Assembly: GCA_965230895.1 (NCBI GenBank)
Contig: OZ246394.1
Location: forward strand, 633,316-697,315
DNA length: 64,000 nt
Source of the DNA: an uncultured Gammaproteobacteria bacterium
Lineage (GTDB): Bacteria; Patescibacteriota; Microgenomatia; Levybacterales; UBA12049
Reading direction: 5' to 3'
Shown: in pieces, positions 57,932 to 64,000 of the stretch
Position numbering within the stretch: position 1 is the stretch's first letter
Layout: each line of letters starts with the position of its first letter
Program-made: the position numbers and the translations under genes
The notes under the pieces: model-generated
Database searches by the model: none
Told to the model about the DNA's origin: nothing
What the model saw: only the letters and a program-made list of their open reading frames with translations

Positions 57932-59444
57932 TAATAAAAGTATAATTGAAAATTTAGAAAAGCGTTTAAGCGCATTTAGCGATGATCCGAAAGTACAAAA
58001 TATCGGAACCGTTGAGAAAAACACCGATGGAGTTATTACAGCTTCAGGCCTCACAAACGCATTCATGGGTGAAATGATCGACTTTGAAGACGGAAGCCGT
58101 GGATTTATCCTAAACCTTGACGAAGACTATGCATCTATTATCCTTTTGAGTGGTGGTTTAAATATCAAAGAAGGAGATAAAGTTAAGACTACAGGAAAGC
58201 AACTCACAGTTCATGCAAGTGAAGAACTTTTGGGTCGTGTTATCAACCCAACTGGTACGCCACTTGATGGAAAGCCAGCAGCAAAAAAAGGCAAAGATAT
58301 GCCACTTGAAAGAATTGCGGCAGGGGTTGTAGAGCGTGAACCAGTAGGAACGCCTCTTAAGACTGGTATTAAATCAATCGATGCTATGTTCCCTATCGGT
58401 CGAGGACAGAGACAGCTTATCATTGGTGATCGTGGTTTGGGAAAGACTGCAATTGCCGTTGACACTATCATCAACCAACGAGATACAATGAAAGGTCAAA
58501 AGCCAGTCCTTTGTGTCTATGTAGCAATCGGACAAAAGCAAAGTACAATTGCACAAGTTGTCGACAAATTAAAGCAAGAGAATGCAATGGCAAACACAAT
58601 TGTTGTTGCAGCTGGAGCATCTGATGCGGCATCACTGCAATATCTTGCACCTTATGCAGGCGTTGCTATCGCTGAATATTTCCTTGAAAAAGGTGAAGAT
58701 GTTTTGATCGTCTATGACGATTTAACAAAGCATGCATGGGCATACCGACAATTGTCTTTGGTACTTCGCCGACCAGCAGGACGTGAAGCGTACCCAGGAG
58801 ATATTTTCTATCTTCATAGTCGACTGCTTGAGCGTGCAGTTCGTTTGAATGAAAAGAATGGTGGAGGATCAATTACTGCACTTCCAATCATTGAAACACA
58901 AGCTGGAGACATCTCAGCATATATCCCTACAAATGTTATTTCAATTACAGATGGTCAGATCTTTTTAGTTGCTGATTTATTCAATGCAGGTGTACGACCA
59001 GCTATCAATACAGGTACATCAGTATCTCGTGTAGGTGGAGCAGCGCAAACAAGTGCAATGAAGTCAGTTGCAGGAAAAATGAAGCTTGAAATGTCACAGT
59101 TCCGAGAATTAGCAGCTTTTGCTCAATTTGGTAGTGAACTTGACCCAGCAACACAAGCGCAACTCGAAAGAGGAAAGAGAATTAATGAAATTTTGAAGCA
59201 ACCACAATATGCACCTTACTCAGAAAATCTTGAAGTATTAAGTATTGCAGTTGTAACAAATGGCATGCTTGATGATGTACCTGTCGAAGATGTTCCACGA
59301 TTTGAACAAGAATTACATACATACGTACAAAAGCATGATAAGAAATTATTAGAATCACTTGGTGGTAAAGAAAAAGTAAAACCTGAAGTAGTGAAAGAAA
59401 TTCAGAAGATTGTTGACGAATTTAAGAAAAAATTTAAAGTCTAG
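57924..59444 (+). CDS. atpA: ATP synthase alpha subunit
   Basis: PIGRGQRQLIIGDRGLGKT, GREAYPGD, PTNVISITDGQ. Confidence 0.97.
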   Translation: MIDNKSIIENLEKRLSAFSDDPKVQNIGTVEKNTDGVITASGLTNAFMGEMIDFEDGSRGFILNLDEDYASIILLSGGLNIKEGDKVKTTGKQLTVHASEELLGRVINPTGTPLDGKPAAKKGKDMPLERIAAGVVEREPVGTPLKTGIKSIDAMFPIGRGQRQLIIGDRGLGKTAIAVDTIINQRDTMKGQKPVLCVYVAIGQKQSTIAQVVDKLKQENAMANTIVVAAGASDAASLQYLAPYAGVAIAEYFLEKGEDVLIVYDDLTKHAWAYRQLSLVLRRPAGREAYPGDIFYLHSRLLERAVRLNEKNGGGSITALPIIETQAGDISAYIPTNVISITDGQIFLVADLFNAGVRPAINTGTSVSRVGGAAQTSAMKSVAGKMKLEMSQFRELAAFAQFGSELDPATQAQLERGKRINEILKQPQYAPYSENLEVLSIAVVTNGMLDDVPVEDVPRFEQELHTYVQKHDKKLLESLGGKEKVKPEVVKEIQKIVDEFKKKFKV

Positions 59445-59497
59445 TTTGAGCTTAGATTGTGAGCTAACACTAAGCACAACTAGCTAAGCAAAAAACT

Positions 59498-61770
<2,273 letters not shown>

Positions 61771-61782
61771 TCCAACCAGCTT

Positions 61783-62199
61783 ATGAAACTCGAGATAGTA
61801 ACCCCTGAAAAAATTATTTACAGCGGAGATGTTGATCAAATCACTGTTGAAACAGTTGATGGTAGAATCGCAATTCTTCCCCATCACGTGAATTTATTTA
61901 CCAAAATCAAACCTGGTGAGCTCCATTTAAAGATCTCTGATAAGGAACAGTTCCTCGCTGTTACAGGTGGATTTCTTGAAGTGAGTAATAATAAAGTAAC
62001 AGTTCTCGCAGATTACGCAATCCATGCAGAAGAAGTTGATGTTGATAAGGCCCTCGCGGCACAAAAACGCGCAGAAGAACTACTAAAGAAGAAGGAAGGA
62101 CAGTTATCAGATGTCGAGTATGCAGAACTTCAAGGAGCACTTGGGAGAGCATTGCTTGAGCTTGATGTAGCAAATAGACGAAGACGAAGAAAAGTTTAA
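61783..62199 (+). CDS. atpC: ATP synthase epsilon subunit
   Basis: LEIVTPE, ILPHH, GGFLEV, VTVLAD. Confidence 0.95.
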   Translation: MKLEIVTPEKIIYSGDVDQITVETVDGRIAILPHHVNLFTKIKPGELHLKISDKEQFLAVTGGFLEVSNNKVTVLADYAIHAEEVDVDKALAAQKRAEELLKKKEGQLSDVEYAELQGALGRALLELDVANRRRRRKV

Positions 62200-62630
62200 C
62201 TTCTACTGAGTAATTTATGTACTCCTAATTTCATAGGCGTTTCCTACTATTTTCATCTCTACCTATTGCAATTTCCCGAAATATATTGTATACTAAATTA
62301 TATCAAACCAGATCAGCACGGGAATAGAATTTAGGTATTTTTAGTGTAAAATTGCAAAAAAGAGATATATCTACAGTTTAGCCTCAAATTAGCACTCGGA
62401 TTAAAAATTTGCTAAGTATATAGTAATTATCATCTGATTTTAGCCTCAGAAAGAAAATCTTTTTTAAGTAGAAATCTTAGCCAATTGAACATTTTTTAGC
62501 CGTTAAACCACCTTTTTTCGAGTAATTCAACCTTCAAGGTTATAGATAACTTCAGCAAAATATTCCCATATTGTTCATTATTATTACTCATTTGCTACCT
62601 AAGATAAAATTAATTACAATACATTCTATC

Positions 62631-62702
62631 GCCGATGTAGCTCAGAGGTAGAGCAGCGGTATCGTAAACCGCTGGTCGTGGGTTCAATTCCCACCATCGG
62701 CT
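62631..62702 (+). tRNA. tRNA-Thr(CGT)
   Basis: GCCGATG/CATCGGC acceptor stem, GCGGT-ATCGTAA-ACCGC anticodon arm, GGTTCAATTCC. Confidence 0.93.
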
Positions 62703-62716
62703 CATCTTTTCCCGGT

Positions 62717-63901
62717 TTATTGCAAATGCCAATATAATGTCATTTTGCCATTATCGTGGAATAAGAAAACGCCATTTCCTCCATCACCTGTACAGTTTCT
62801 GCAGAAATATGCTTGACCTGCTTCGACTGCTCTCACAGCTGTATCTCCTCTTCTATGCATATCAATTGCCGGATGAGGGTTTCCGTTATAATATGGACCA
62901 CTATAACAAGTCACACCTGAAGCTTGAGAGAGATATAATCCATCTGTCGCCATTGGCCAACCCCACGAACCACTTCCGCTTGTTGTCATACCACTCGGAT
63001 CACCACTACAACCACTAATCCAATTTACTGTTCTTGGTTCAAGATAATTTAAGGGATTCTCCCATCCACCATAATAACTATATTGCGACAACGAAGAAGC
63101 GTTATAAACACCGAAGTGCAAATGGGCGCCAGTTGAGTATCCGGTATTCCCCATCCATCCAATCTGCTCACCACGGCCAACTCTACGAGGTTCAGTGGAT
63201 ATCAGTACTTTTGCAGCTCGAGCAATGCTTCGCAATTCTTTTTGCGCATCTGACAAACGACTTTGATATTCGCTTTCTGAATTTTTTGTTGTTGTAAGTA
63301 AATTCTGTTTTTCTATCTTTTGCTGATCTAATTCCTTTGTATAATCCTCCAGTTGCTTATTCAAAAGTTCAACTTTTGCTTTTTTCTCTTCAAAAATATT
63401 CTTCTGATTTTGGTAATCATTTTTTGCTTGCTGTGTATTTATAAGCAATGCCTGATCATGCGCTCGAACGAGCTTTATATAATTAATACGTTTAAAATAA
63501 TCGTCTGCCCCATTCGAAGCAAAAAGTACGTGCACAGGTTGCATATCACCAAGTTGGTACGATGTAACTATTCTTTTAACAAGAACTTTCGAGACTTGAT
63601 CCAAAGAACCTTCTAAATTATCAATTTTTTTTGAGGCAGAAGTAATATCTTGGGTTAACGTGTTAATCTGTGCCTTTGTCGATTCAATTCGATACTCAGT
63701 CAACTTCACTTGATTATCCATTACCTGAATCTGCGAAGAGAGTGTTTTTGATTGTCCTTGAAGATCTGTTATTTTGGATTGATACTCTTTTATTTTTCCT
63801 TCAAGCTCAGAGGCGCTAGCTCCATACACAGTATTTAATGGTACTGCAAGGAAAATTACCGTAATTAAAAAGCATAGCAGAAAGAATTTTGAGGAGTTCA
63901 T
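62717..63901 (-). CDS. Secreted coiled-coil (PcsB/EnvC-like) protein with a circularly permuted M23 peptidase
   Basis: Signal peptide, long coiled coil, GNTGYSTGAHLHF placed before HPAID and TLYWHL. Confidence 0.85.
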   Translation of the reverse strand: MNSSKFFLLCFLITVIFLAVPLNTVYGASASELEGKIKEYQSKITDLQGQSKTLSSQIQVMDNQVKLTEYRIESTKAQINTLTQDITSASKKIDNLEGSLDQVSKVLVKRIVTSYQLGDMQPVHVLFASNGADDYFKRINYIKLVRAHDQALLINTQQAKNDYQNQKNIFEEKKAKVELLNKQLEDYTKELDQQKIEKQNLLTTTKNSESEYQSRLSDAQKELRSIARAAKVLISTEPRRVGRGEQIGWMGNTGYSTGAHLHFGVYNASSLSQYSYYGGWENPLNYLEPRTVNWISGCSGDPSGMTTSGSGSWGWPMATDGLYLSQASGVTCYSGPYYNGNPHPAIDMHRRGDTAVRAVEAGQAYFCRNCTGDGGNGVFLFHDNGKMTLYWHLQ

Positions 63902-64000
63902 TGCCTCAAAATAATACCATAAGCGTAAAGGTTGGTAAAGTTAACCTCCTGAATAAGCATAATTTGCAATTTTTTGCTAGAATAGCACTACATGAGACAA

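Overview
This AT-rich 64 kb window reads as genetic code 11 and looks like Patescibacteria (CPR), probably Microgenomates, judged from gene content and style only. Housekeeping blocks flank it. The left block (1-16.1 kb) has type IV pilus/T2SS genes, gpmA, rsmI, lexA, uvrB, pyk, rplS and pyrG. The right block (41-64 kb) has LysM, polX, lemA, htpX, murT/gatD, gatCAB, dnaE, a full F1Fo ATP synthase operon and an M23 peptidase. Between them lies a ~25 kb tandem array of two related islands integrated at the 3' end of tRNA-Gly(CCC) (40991-41062, minus strand), with att copies at 22471-22511 and 16198-16229. Island A (~22.5-41.0 kb) has an intact tyrosine integrase, phage remnants, unusual metabolic cargo (a divergent P450 and a PLD) and a defence hotspot. 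The hotspot holds a Schlafen/AlbA_2 protein, a PD-(D/E)xK protein, Mrr and the top finding: a Pycsar-like operon with one transmembrane effector and two tandem class III cyclases, placed divergently from a LexA-like self-cleaving repressor. Island B (~16.2-22.5 kb) keeps only an internally deleted integrase and carries a large malectin adhesin next to a GT-C-like membrane protein. All calls come from motif reading; no database searches were run.
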